A stretch of DNA of 19,641 nt, from positions 119,565-139,205 of the forward strand of contig JAQGDQ010000567.1 of NCBI GenBank assembly GCA_030141605.1. The letters run 5' to 3'. A program made the translations under genes and the position numbers. Origin of the DNA: Tubiluchus corallicola (lineage: Eukaryota; Animalia; Priapulida). The notes below the pieces were generated by a model. The model saw only the letters and a list, made by a program, of their open reading frames with translations, searched no databases and had not been told where the DNA came from. Numbering within the stretch: position 1 is the stretch's first letter; every line of letters begins with the position of its first letter. Of this stretch, positions 1 to 10,090 are shown in pieces.

Positions 1-15
1 GTTTTTTTCTGACAG

Positions 16-372
16 AATTGAAAATGAAAGAAGTCTTTTTATTAGCAATTCAGATTTAGAAAGCTTTTCGAGAAAGATTAACCAAACATTTGAGAATAAG
101 AGAAAATGACTTTGTGGCTCATTGACTGACTTAATTCGAGCAGGTTGTGTGTTTGCAAGACAGGACGTCTAAGTACACGGTGAGTATAAGATTTTATTGC
201 TTTAATGTAACACTAGAGTGTGAATTATAATATTCCCTGTATTAGATTGCTGAAAATGGCAATTTTCTTCGGAAATTTTAGGAGATGATTATATTAACCA
301 AACTCTTTACAGCGTAAGACTGTACTCTGCTTGAATAATGATAATGTCTCTTATTCTCTACAGTATAAATGA
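16..372 (+). pseudogene. Decayed spliced exons (16-179, 246-313, 364-372) of an unidentified gene, or upstream exons of the pPolB gene
   Basis: Acceptors ttttctgacag (15), ccctgtattag (245) and ttctctacag (363); donors gtgagt (180) and gtaaga (314). Phases join into one frame, IENERSLFISNSDLESFSRKINQ...ILGDDYINQTLYS-YK*, with in-frame stops at 107, 170 and 251, each one C>T away from CGA/CAA. Confidence 0.45.
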
Positions 373-438
373 ATAGGACGAATGCTACTTGGATAATATT
401 CTTTAAACGACTCTATTCTTTTTTCTTAGATTAACAAA

Positions 439-989
439 ATGTCCTCATCAAGGCCACCAACGACAACGACGGCGTCTAGGATGACAACAACTTCAACAAC
501 AACAACATCGTCATCGTCATCAGCGTCGACGCCAGTAACCTTCGCGCAACCTTCAAGAAGGGGAGTCATTTGGATGCTATCGTTTTAAAAAATCGTCGAC
601 TATGGCAGGTATATATATATATATATATAATGAAGAAAACTTTACACAGTGTTTTTTTCTCATTGTTGACGATGCTAATGTCACACTCTTATGGGCATTG
701 CATAAAATAAATTTCCTTTTTACAGAAAGCACTCTTCGGTGACGACTCCATCATCACCATCATCGTCATCGGTGTCATTGCCAACAACGACAACGACGAC
801 AACAACAACAACAACAACAACACCACCAACACCACCAGTGGCAACTATGCCGACAATAACGCCACCGCCAGCGTCGGCAGCACCACCACCGTCACCGGCG
901 ACAGCGACATCATCATCTGATGAAGAATCTATGAACCACTTGCCCCAATTGCGTCCACCAGGGGTGAGATCTTTCGTGCATCACGAAAG
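439..989 (+). pseudogene. Ser/Thr/Pro-rich N-terminal exons (439-608, 726-989) predicted to splice onto pPolB
   Basis: ATG 439; donor CAG|gtatat 609; acceptor ttttacag 725; donor AAG|gttaat 990; acceptor ttcttttcag 1130. Both introns are phase 2 and keep the frame into GYEFHLVDD. One in-frame TAA at 586. Confidence 0.55.
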
Positions 990-1130
990 GTTAATAATCT
1001 CTTATATTAATGTTATTAAAGGAATTTACACTGTGCGCATTCGCTTCATGTTATTTTTATCGATGTTATTAAAGGAATTTGTGCGTATGCATATTATTTA
1101 CATCTAAAACATGCTCTTTTTTCTTTTCAG

Positions 1131-2355
1131 TGGATATGAATTCCACCTGGTGGATGATGCTCATAATGCAACGTTACAAGTATGGAGGTGTAGAACATCG
1201 GGTATAGATATAGAATGGATTTTGGATGATATTTCTGTTGCCATTGAAATGTTAGGTCAAACGCATTTAGAAAGCGGTTTTGCCACGCGCATACAACTAA
1301 CCGTAAATGCCACAATTGATCATCCCCTCCCCGTTGAAGAAGTAGAAAGAAAAAGAGATTCGTATTTCAATAGTGGATTTCATGATTTTTGGGACGAATG
1401 GTATAGCATGGCTAGAGCCATTTTAGTCGAAAATATCGAATCTTATTCGAAAAATGGCTCTGGTTATGTGATAAGTGATTTCCCATTTATTGAATTTCAA
1501 CTGGCGAAGTATGAACATCTCTCTACTGTTAAGGGTCATGGTGGATTTTGTAAATTACCAGCCGAATTATTAACCAAAAAAGCGCTGCTCATTATCTCCT
1601 CCGATCATGATGCTCTCTGTTTCAAATATGCCATTTTAAGGTCTTTATATGCTCATTTGTTATCGAAGCACAAAAACGCCTTAGCGACAATTATGATCAG
1701 TTTGCCCACCTTTTAAATTGGCAGCATATCGAATTTCCCACCAAAGCTTTTCAGAAATTTAATCCGGAGTATTGTTTAAACATTTTTATGTATTCTAACA
1801 GAGATGCTAAAAAACAAGCGTTTAAAATGCATTTATAATCCTCCGTGCAGAATAGTAGAAGGCAGAAAATTTATTAATCTTTTACTGTATAATCCACTCA
1901 AGTCCAGTCAAGCCGATTATACTCAATGTCATTATCTAACCATCACCAATTTCAATCGCCTGCTAAATAAACAGTGTGAGTCGCATAATTATTGCGAAAG
2001 ATGTATGCCCCCATTTTATAGAAATCGTATTACTCTTGAACAGCATAGGCGCATATGCTACACCATCGACGGGCACGTGCAAGAAAAATTACCGCCTCCA
2101 CACACCAAAGTAGGCTTTGAGAATATTCGCAAAGCCATGTCACCTAGTTACATCGCATATTGCGATTTCGAGGTCATACTCTTACCTAATGATGACCCAC
2201 TTTTGAAAACTAAGCATGAACCTTTTGCGGCGGGAATATATTTAGTGCTCGAAGAAACAATGTTGGTGAATCCCCTCCCCTGCGATTATAAGCAATTCAT
2301 TGGCGAAGATTGTACGCATCAATTAATGCTCTATCTATATGAATTGGCCCATTGA
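1131..2355 (+). pseudogene. polB: pPolB N-terminal part (putative terminal-protein/vOTU-like region, Zn knuckle, ExoI); ORF fragments 1111-1716 and 1804-2355
   Basis: GSGY, LP..L..KKA, D..CFKYAIL (Cys), HY..I.NF.RLL (His), CERC...LEQHRRIC and YCDFE resemble the N-terminus of animal Polinton pPolBs. Confidence 0.85.
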
Positions 2356-2549
2356 ATTTGACATACGCTAAACAGCCACTATGTAGGAGTGCTCGCGATG
2401 AAGAAATTTTTCAAAATGCTACTCATTGCGTCTACTGTAAAACGGTATTCACCGAAGCAGAAAAAATACGCGAACACTGTCACTTAACAGGTGTTTACCA
2501 TGGGGCGGCGTGTGTGTCGTGTAATGCTAAAATGAGAAGTTATACATAA
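2352..2549 (+). pseudogene. Endonuclease VII-like (His-Me finger) Zn module inserted in the pPolB exonuclease domain
   Basis: CVYC-x11-EHCHLTGVYHGAACVSCN fits the CxxC..DHCHxTGxxRGxxxxxCN pattern and lies between ExoI and ExoII. Confidence 0.85.
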
Positions 2550-2798
2550 TTTTAGAAATTACGACTCCCATTTCATACTGCAACATGACATCATTAAAGA
2601 TTCTCGTATTAGCGTAATAGCACAGACCTCGGAAAAAAATACCTCACTCTTAGGTGGTCCTTTAAAGCAGAACAAAAACCCACGCATCAAAAAAGACCCG
2701 ATTTGATACAAGTAATGTTCATCGATTCTTTCTAACATCTCCAGTCCAGTCTATCCAATCTCGCGTCAAACTTAAACGAGCACAAAAACACAAATCTC

Positions 2799-3323
2799 AT
2801 GATGCTTGATTATCCTTTGCTTTCGAAATCCACAATTGATGACAAAGGAATTATGTGTTATGAATATGTTAATAATTCATCCGTGTTGGAAGAGAAACGT
2901 CTCCCCGCCATAGAGCATTTTTATAGCTCTTTGACGGGTGAAAGTGTATCGCAAACAGATTATGAATTACCGCAAACTGCATGGCGTGAATTTGGTTGTC
3001 GCAATCTGCGCGACTATTATCTTAGATATTTAGAATTAGATTGCAGATTATTGGCAGACGTGTTTTGCGATTATCGAAGAATGTGCTTGCATCATTTCGG
3101 ATTAGGTGCGATTCATTATTGCACCTTACCCTCGCTGACATGGGATGCTGCTTTTAAAACGTGCGATATTCGGGTAGACGCTATTTCTGATATAACCATG
3201 TTTGAAAAATTCGAAAGCAACATACGTGGTGGAAGCGTTTTCGTTAATGTTCACAAACTCGAAGCTAACTGCCCCAAATTGCCTGAAACCTATGATCCAT
3301 CTAAAGCGCTAACGTATCTTTTA
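2799..3323 (+). pseudogene. polB: pPolB ExoIII to pre-motif-A fragment
   Basis: KGIMCYEY, LPAIEHFYSSLTGE, YLELDCRLLADVF, HYCTLPSLTWDAAFK, IRGG, YDPSK..YLL. Similarity stops just before the expected motif A. Confidence 0.9.
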
Positions 3324-3809
3324 CCAACTCAACTTTAGTCATCTCTTTAGACATCTCTTTAGAGGTCACAACTTCTAAGATAGAGATGAAGAAAAAGGTT
3401 AGCAAAAAAACCAGGTTGCTCTTCAGGAAGGCCCACTGAATGTGTGGAATGTGAGGTAAACCAGCAGTGGCCACATTTTCTCGATGTGTGGAATGATGTC
3501 ACATCGAGAAATGTGGCCACTGCTGGTTTACCTGATCAAACAGATGTCGCCGTAAATGCAACTGCTGCTCCCCACTTCACTTTTTTTAGGGGGGTGATTT
3601 TTGTTCCCACTCCCGACAGTCGAGGGGGGGGGGCGTGACCCGTCAACCAACCATCACTCCTAATCCTTAAATTGGTCACTTAACTAGCACGACAATAGAG
3701 CCACTTCACTTTTTAGGGGTGTTTCCGGATTTTCGCACTTTTTAGGGGTGTTTTTTTTCCCCACCCCCCCCCCCGGGCAGCCAAAGGGGGCGTGGGGAAA
3801 TCGGCCAGA
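3324..3809. other. Composite insertion replacing pPolB motif A region
   Basis: 3349-3566 is the reverse complement of 9196-9413 (10 substitutions in 218 bp). 3571-3809 is a variant copy of 16204-16433. 3324-3348 is filler with micro-duplications (caact x2, catctctttag x2). Confidence 0.9.
3454..3533. repeat. 80-nt inverted repeat/hairpin (34-bp stem, one bulge, 11-nt loop)
   Basis: Arm aggtaaaccagcagtggccacattttctcgatgtg pairs with arm cacatcgagaaatgtggccactgctggtttacct. Confidence 0.9.
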
Positions 3810-4874
3810 ATTTCCAAAATTCATTCTGTTGTCTCATTTCGTCAGACATCAATTTTTCGTAGTTTTATTGCGGCTAACAGCTTAAAGAGACAAGAAGCTA
3901 AAAATGCTTTCGAAAAAGATCTTTTTAAGCTGTTCAATAACAGTTTATTTGGTAAAAGTATGGAAAACGTTCGCAAACGTTGCTCTTTAAAATTGGCCAC
4001 TAGTCAAAAAGCGTGCGAACAATTTTTGAGGCGACCGGACCACCAAGATTTTAACATTTTTAATAATACTGTGAGTGCTCACAGACTGCGCAAAACCAAT
4101 GTTCTCTTAGATAGGCCAATATATATAGGTCAGACCGTTCTTGACCTTTCTAAATTGATAATGTATCGCCTTCGCTACGAAACATTCAGTGATGACGAAA
4201 TGAAAATTTTATCTCCTGAAGCTGATGTGAAAATTGTCGGTTCGGACACGGATTCATTTTTTCTCCAAGTAAAAAATCTGAGTGTGCCCGAGATTTTAAT
4301 CCCCCATTTTCTACAGAAAGGAAACGTGATCGATACCTCGAATTATCCTAAAGATCACGTTTTTTATCGGGAGGAAAATCGGGCACGCTTAGGTTGTTTC
4401 AAAGATGAGTCACAAGGCTCGCTTCACCAACAATGGATTTTACTTAAGCCCAAATTATACAGCATGAAGAGCGTTGATTTTCGACAAAGCAAAAAGCGCG
4501 CCAAAGGTGTCGATAGGCGCACAATTTCAAAACAAATAACTCACGAAGATTTTGAGCGTGCCTTTACAGAGCAGGTGGAAATGACGCACGAGACAATTCG
4601 CTTCACATCGCAACGACATCACATATACACTAAACATTCTTCCAAAAGATCGCTATCTTTTTTTGATGATAAAAGATGCTGGCTGTCAAAAAATTTCAGC
4701 GTTCCATACGGGCATTATTTAGTAGACCAGACGAAACCTTTTGTTTCTAGTGTCGCTCCTCCCGTCGAAAATCGACCTTTTCACGGACCTCCTAACGTAA
4801 CTGTTGTCAATATCTGTGATGATGATGTTGATGTTGATGATGATGATGACGATGATGATAGTGATATTCTATGA
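3792..4874 (+). CDS. polB: pPolB C-terminal polymerase fragment (motifs B and C, thumb) with Asp-rich tail; open frame but detached from its N-terminus
   Basis: 360-aa ORF with KDLFKLFNNSLFGKSMENVRKR, RPIYIGQTVLDLSKLIMY, GSDTDS, DTSNYP, KDE, LKPKLYS, AKGV and DDKR. The first few codons come from the insertion. Confidence 0.88.
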   Translation: MGKSARISKIHSVVSFRQTSIFRSFIAANSLKRQEAKNAFEKDLFKLFNNSLFGKSMENVRKRCSLKLATSQKACEQFLRRPDHQDFNIFNNTVSAHRLRKTNVLLDRPIYIGQTVLDLSKLIMYRLRYETFSDDEMKILSPEADVKIVGSDTDSFFLQVKNLSVPEILIPHFLQKGNVIDTSNYPKDHVFYREENRARLGCFKDESQGSLHQQWILLKPKLYSMKSVDFRQSKKRAKGVDRRTISKQITHEDFERAFTEQVEMTHETIRFTSQRHHIYTKHSSKRSLSFFDDKRCWLSKNFSVPYGHYLVDQTKPFVSSVAPPVENRPFHGPPNVTVVNICDDDVDVDDDDDDDDSDIL

Positions 4875-5122
4875 CAACAAATATGTTAGAGGGAGGGGCA
4901 CGGTCCGAACCGACTAAATATTGTATTTATGTAACAGTCTGTAGTCTGTTTGAAATTGTGAATTGAACACAATATATGAACATGTTTAATTGATAAATGC
5001 TATACCCCCATTATATGTGTAACAGTTTGTCTGTTGCAATCCCACCTCCTCCATTCTATACCTAATACATCATTGTATGAAGCCACTATATGATGTTTTA
5101 AAGTATTGTTGTTAGTAAATGA

Positions 5123-5369
5123 TGTTAAATATAGTATGCAATCATTCCCATGTTGGTGATGCTGTTAAATATAGTATGCAATCATTCCCATGTTGCTGAT
5201 GCTGTTAAATATACTGTTAAGTGACAGTGTTCACGTATTTTTTCTGCTTCGGTGAATACCGTTTTACAGTAGACGCATCATTCCCATGTTGGTGATGCTG
5301 TTAAATATAGTATGCAATCATTCCCATGTTGGTGATGCTGTTAAATATAGTATGCAACCATTCCCATGT
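5123..5369. repeat. 40-bp minisatellite in two blocks (5123-5213, 5277-5369)
   Basis: Unit tgttaaatatagtatgcaatcattcccatgttggtgatgc, about 4.5 near-identical copies. Confidence 0.9.
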
Positions 5370-5467
5370 CATAAAAAGACTGTATTGTTGTTAAGAGTGT
5401 ATTGTTGTTACTTATGATGTTTTAAAGTATTTTTTAATAAGTTGTTTTAAAAAGTGTTGTTGTTGCT

Positions 5468-5473
5468 AATAAA
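5468..5473 (+). terminator. Possible polyadenylation signal of the pPolB gene
   Basis: AATAAA about 600 nt after the stop codon, followed by GT/T-rich sequence. The hexamer is common in AT-rich DNA. Confidence 0.25.
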
Positions 5474-5559
5474 GTGTTTTAAAAATAATTTTTATTCTTT
5501 CACATGGCTTTATATATTTAATTTTTATTTTTCGCAAATGCACCAAGCTTAAAAAGAAA

Positions 5560-5823
5560 TTAACATTAAAAATGAGTGTAATCTAAAATTTTTATTTTTC
5601 CACTAATGTATTATAATACGCTTACAAAATACATTCAATGATCAGCTATCGCCGTCATGCATTACAGAACAACATAGGAGCGTTATATTTCCCTGGTAAG
5701 TATTTAACATTAAAAAAAAAAAAATGTAATCTAAAATTTTTATTTTTCCACTAATGTATTATAATACGCATACAAAAACACATTCAATGAACAGGTAGTG
5801 CCATCTTGCATTACAGAACAACA
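5560..5823. repeat. Direct repeat pair of ~115-120 bp (5560-5674, 5704-5823)
   Basis: Shared tgtaatctaaaatttttatttttccactaatgtattataatacgc...cattacagaacaaca. Confidence 0.85.
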
Positions 5824-5870
5824 CTTTCAATGAATAGATAGCACAGTCATGCATTAATTTCACTGGAAAT

Positions 5871-6103
5871 AGGTGTCGTTAATTTTCCAATGAAAGCTTT
5901 AGCCATATAAATTGTTCAAACGTTGGTGTGCTGTGCGCTAGCGTCATCTACCAGTGAATGCATGGTTAGTTCGCATAATGGCACTACAAACAAATTCTTC
6001 AGACTGTAATAAACATTGCACGCCCAGGTGTCATTAATTTCCAATGAAAGCTTTAGCCATATAAATTGTTCAAACGTTGATAAGCTGTACGCTAGCGTCA
6101 TCT
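5871..6103. repeat. Direct repeat pair of ~78 bp (5871-5949, 6026-6103)
   Basis: Shared tttccaatgaaagctttagccatataaattgttcaaacgttg...gctagcgtcatct. Confidence 0.85.
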
Positions 6104-6993
6104 GGCAATGCTCACTGACAATAAGGAAGTGAATGTTTGGCTAGCCCTCATAATGACGCCACCTGTTCACACACACATTCCAGTGAAATATAATGCTCCT
6201 TTGTTGTTTTGTATTTCAAACTAAAAAACTAGTGTGACTTCGAGTCTAGCTCAAACAAACAGTGTTCCTCTGCAGTTTTTAACCTGTGCTGAATTAAGAG
6301 CAACAACAATAAAATAATAAAATGTATTTTCAAGCTTTTCGAATTTATGGCTGCATAAACACAGATCGCTTTGTTGTCACAAACACCATGTTAATAAAAT
6401 GCGTCACTGTAGAAAAATAAAAGACGTAATTACTAGATTAGTAAATGCTGTGTAGAATAAACACGAAAGACCTTTCATTGTCTTCTGACTTAGTTCAGAA
6501 GTAAGTCTCTATTAAGTGCCTCTCCCATGGTCGCCTGTTATAGCTTAATGTGGTACACACACACCATTTGTTAACTATAGTACACTTTATACTCAGAATA
6601 TAAGACAATAATAAATGAGGCATAAACAGGCTAAAGGTACTGTAAATTAAATTTTCACATTTTGTCAAGTTGCCCCAATATGGTCCTCGAACCCACTGCT
6701 GCGTCACTGACAGTTTTCTACAACCAAACGAGTCTTTATTCTTTTCATAAAAATTTCTTCAATGGTACAATACGTTACCGAAACGTCGCAAAATAAGTTA
6801 AAATTACTTTTTGTTTTATTAGGTGGTAACACGTATAGTTATGTACACAATGGGCTTAGCCTTTTGGGCCCTATTAATATTCCCGAAAAGCCACAATACA
6901 TGCATTATAGCCTTTTTCAGTCTTTTACACTTTTACTTTTTGAATATTGTTATCATAGTTGCGTGACAGCATGTGCATATTTATTTTATGTAG

Positions 6994-7433
6994 AACATTT
7001 TCACTTGACGATTTTGTATTTTGGTCTATACGTCGGCATACTGACGTCCAAATAAGTGTTTTTGATCTCAATGAAAAAGAATACGAGGTTTCCCCAGTAC
7101 ACGTATCTACATCATCACCTCTTAGTTACTTTCTTTGAATAGGTGAGAAGTGACTTCTTTATTCTTGATTTTTATCATGACAGGTACAATGAGACTCGAA
7201 TATAATTTCGTAAATTTCCTGTTTATTTGCATTTTCTTATTTAAACAACTTAGTTGTTGGTGCCACAATGAGACTCGAATATAATTTCATAAATTTCCTG
7301 TTTATTTACATTTTCTTATTTAAACAACTTAGTTGTTGGTAATTACAGGAAGCTGAGTAAGATGCACTACATTGTAGTCATCAATGACTTCATTTCCTCG
7401 CTGGAAAAGGTCGTTTCTCTATGCTTCTACAAG
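6994..7433 (+). CDS. Three-exon fragment of a small spliced gene of unknown function (6994-~7096, 7143-7183, 7349-7433)
   Basis: GT-AG sites with matching phases give a stop-free peptide, TFSLDDFVFWSIRRHTDVQISVFDLNEKEYEVSP-VRSDFFILDFYHDR-KLSKMHYIVVINDFISSLEKVVSLCFYK. The 79-bp duplication falls entirely within a predicted intron. Confidence 0.4.
7186..7340. repeat. 79-bp tandem duplication
   Basis: acaatgagactcgaatataatttc...ttagttgttggt twice (7186, 7265) with 2 mismatches. Confidence 0.9.
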
Positions 7434-8958
7434 GTTTATTATTATTATGTCTATACTGATATGCCTATACTGGTGTGTTGTTAAAAGGGAATAATTTATT
7501 TTTATTGTAGTAATAATAATTATAGCTCTTAAAACACCGGTCTCGGGAGCGTTAGCGAAAGCATTGTTTTGTAGTGCCACCTATAGGAGAAAAATAAATT
7601 AGCTGAGTGTAAATAATTTTATGTAGTTGATTATACATTAAAGATCAACACAATTTTACCACAAGATGTTATTTATTTTTTCATTATTTACATCAAATTT
7701 TGTACACAAATTTTGTACACAAAAATCTCTCATCAATTTATGGGAATTCTAGTAAACTAACCAACATGACTGATTATGTAAAAGGCATTTGTGACGTCGC
7801 TACACTGAGTACAAATAATTTCAAAGTTCACATGTCGTATAATTATAGTACATAAAACAATATAGTTTCTCTGCAAGCAAAATATCTTTGCGGCAACAAT
7901 ACATACACAAATGCACTTAATTATCACAAAATATATCTTAAAGCAGCATTTAAAATTCATCTATAAAATCCCAACAACGAGGTGGAAAAACTACTCCTTT
8001 TGCTCAATACGTTAACAGAGGTAGTGGTGGTTAACCTTACAAACTGTAGCTTGAGTGAGCTGTCACACAGTTCCATTCCATACATTCTAAGACTGAGACA
8101 ACTTATTCTCAGGAACAATATCCTATCAACTTTTGATCCAAAGTTTGTAAATCGATAAACCAAAGTATCACTAGCTAACATGCTTAAATGTTAAACATCA
8201 CAAATTGATACAGATAGCATAAGCAGAATGAATTTAAATTCTTTAACGTAATTAAAGTGTCATTAAAGCGAAAACTGTTACTTATGCAAAAGCGCTTGAA
8301 CAGAGAGTAATTCATTTACAGTCCAAAGTATTTTTTGAGATCAAAGATAAATGAGTGCAGTTTAAAGAATTGAAAACTTTTGGGGTGTCTGGTTGTTGGT
8401 GTATAAAAATTAATTTTTTTGCAAACAATTTATGTATAGCCTTGCTAAGGTGTAATGTCCTCAAGTCAAGTCAACTATCCCTTGAAAGTTTCTGTTTTTT
8501 TCCTACTATCGCAGTCTGTTATTCAAAAGTTGTTTACCAAAATGCTCGGTTTTAATGGGTGTCAGGTTATGCATGAGCACACATGGTTCAATGGTAAACG
8601 TATTAGATTTTAATGCTTTAAATTTCATGTATTATCTGTATATTGGAATATAGGTTTTAGGAGTGATCACGGAATTCCAAAAAAGTAAAAAACATGAGTG
8701 TATTAGTTTGTCATGCTTTAATTCAAACGAGGAAAAAAAGCAAAAAGACATGATTTGCAGATTTAAAACTTAAAAAGTGTCTGAAAATAAATGTGACGAA
8801 CATCATACTTAATTTTATACACTAAGTGTGGTCAGAAAATACTTAATTGTACAATATTAAGTCACCTCATAATTACTGATTTTTGACGCAAATAAAAAAA
8901 TTACTATCTTAATATTAATAGTGGATGTCACACCTTACAAATCACATAGAAAAGTGAA

Positions 8959-10090
8959 TTATGATTTTGGTGACTCGTGTTTAACAGCATTTGCTGAATC
9001 ACTTTCTGCTACATAACCTAAATTATCTACTCCAGCACTGCTTTCTTGGTGCACAGTAACCTCTGCATCCAAAGTATGGGCGTCATGCTGCATGTTATCT
9101 TCCAAGACAAGTGATGCAGTCATTGAGTGAGGTTGTACATCAATATCGATACTTTCATTTATAAGATTCCCAGGAGCAGCAATTGATACTGTGTTAGCAG
9201 TTGCATTTACGGCGTCATCTGTTTGATCAGGTAAACCAACACTGTCCGCATTTCTCGATATGACATCATTCCACACATCGAGAAAATGTGGACACTGGTG
9301 GTTTACCTCACATTCCACACATTCAGTGGGCCTTCTTGAAGAGCAACCTGGTTTTTTTGCTAACCTTTTTCTTCATCTCTATCTTAGAAGTTGTAACCTC
9401 TAAAGAGATGTCTGATTCTAGACTACTAGCAGCTTTGTTATCTACAAAAAACAAATAATTTATAAAAAACTTTTTAACACATAATAATGACAGCGATCAG
9501 ATGATGTAAACTGCTTAAAAATATTTAATGCAAAATCTTCATTTGAAGCACAAATTTTCTACATCGCATACTTTTGAATCAATAACGCCACTAAGTCTTA
9601 ACTAACTAGTTTGTTGGTGAAACTTAACTAAGGTCGTTATAAATTTTATTTTTCCATAAGCATGTCTTAGGCCTGTGCTTTACCAAAATAATCTGATGGT
9701 ATTGAAAATAAAAGCTGCATGTGGGTAACCAATATATATATATAGTACAATATATACAGTATTGTTAATAGGACTTTCTGGTGTAACAAAACAACATTTT
9801 TTATAGAAACACAAGTACACAAATTACAAACCTTTAGGAACCTCTTTGGTTTCTTTATTTTTGTCTAGTGTAACCAATGATGATGACATGGTCCGATCTT
9901 TGCTCCACTTTTTATCTAACAGAACAATAATAACTAATATTAGTTAAAATAATGTGCATAAAATTATCTTTCTAACTATACTTTACAACAAAGTAAGCTT
10001 AAAAGTCTAGCACGCTGGAAAAATATCAATAAATTGTCTTTGATGAGAAAATTGCTCAGCATCTCAGAGTCAAACTCGACTACACGAGCA
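8959..10090 (-). pseudogene. Decayed spliced gene for a low-complexity protein (exon starting at 10090, exon 9915-9832, exon 9441-8959)
   Basis: Acceptors tttgttttag, ttgttctgttag and tttttgtag. A phase-1 join gives DKKWSKDRTMSSSLVTLDKNKETKEVPK-DNKAASSLESDISLEV...; one frameshift is needed to reach the 119-aa ORF 9318-8959. Paralogous exons lie at 14017-15430 (+). Confidence 0.45.
9229..9308. repeat. Imperfect 80-nt hairpin, paralogue of 3454-3533
   Basis: Same stem-loop with 4 mismatches plus the bulge. Confidence 0.8.

Larger units (their letters stand above)
439..4874 (+). pseudogene. polB: Protein-primed family B DNA polymerase (pPolB/PolB2) of Polinton/Maverick type, disrupted and probably spliced
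   Basis: Motifs in the expected order: YSKNGSGY, DALCFKYAIL, LNWQHIEFP, HYLTITNFNRLL, CERC Zn knuckle, ExoI YCDFE, CxxC..EHCHLTGVYHGAACVSCN, ExoII HNFRNYDSHF, FIDSF*HLQSSL, KGIMCYEY, LPAIEHFYSSL, ExoIII YLELDCRLLADVF, IRGG, motif B KLFNNSLFGK, motif C GSDTDS, LGCFKDE, LKPKLY, KRAKGV, FDDKR..PYGHY. Frameshifts near 1675, 1810, 2350, 2540 and 2640, a stop at 2733 and an insertion at 3324-3809. Confidence 0.93.

Noticed and set aside
964-969. gtgaga as the donor for the intron ending at 1130
   Set aside because: Phase 0 leads to an immediate stop, whereas the donor at 990 preserves the frame. It could still be an alternative site.
3444-3638. 64-aa ORF
   Set aside because: Chimeric frame across the two parts of the insertion.
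5123-5369. 40-bp repeats as a CRISPR array
   Set aside because: Units are directly adjacent without unique spacers, there are no cas genes, and the context is eukaryotic.
7757-8640. Short ORFs and possible minus-strand exons
   Set aside because: Some splice-like signals are present, but there is no consistent frame or recognisable domain.
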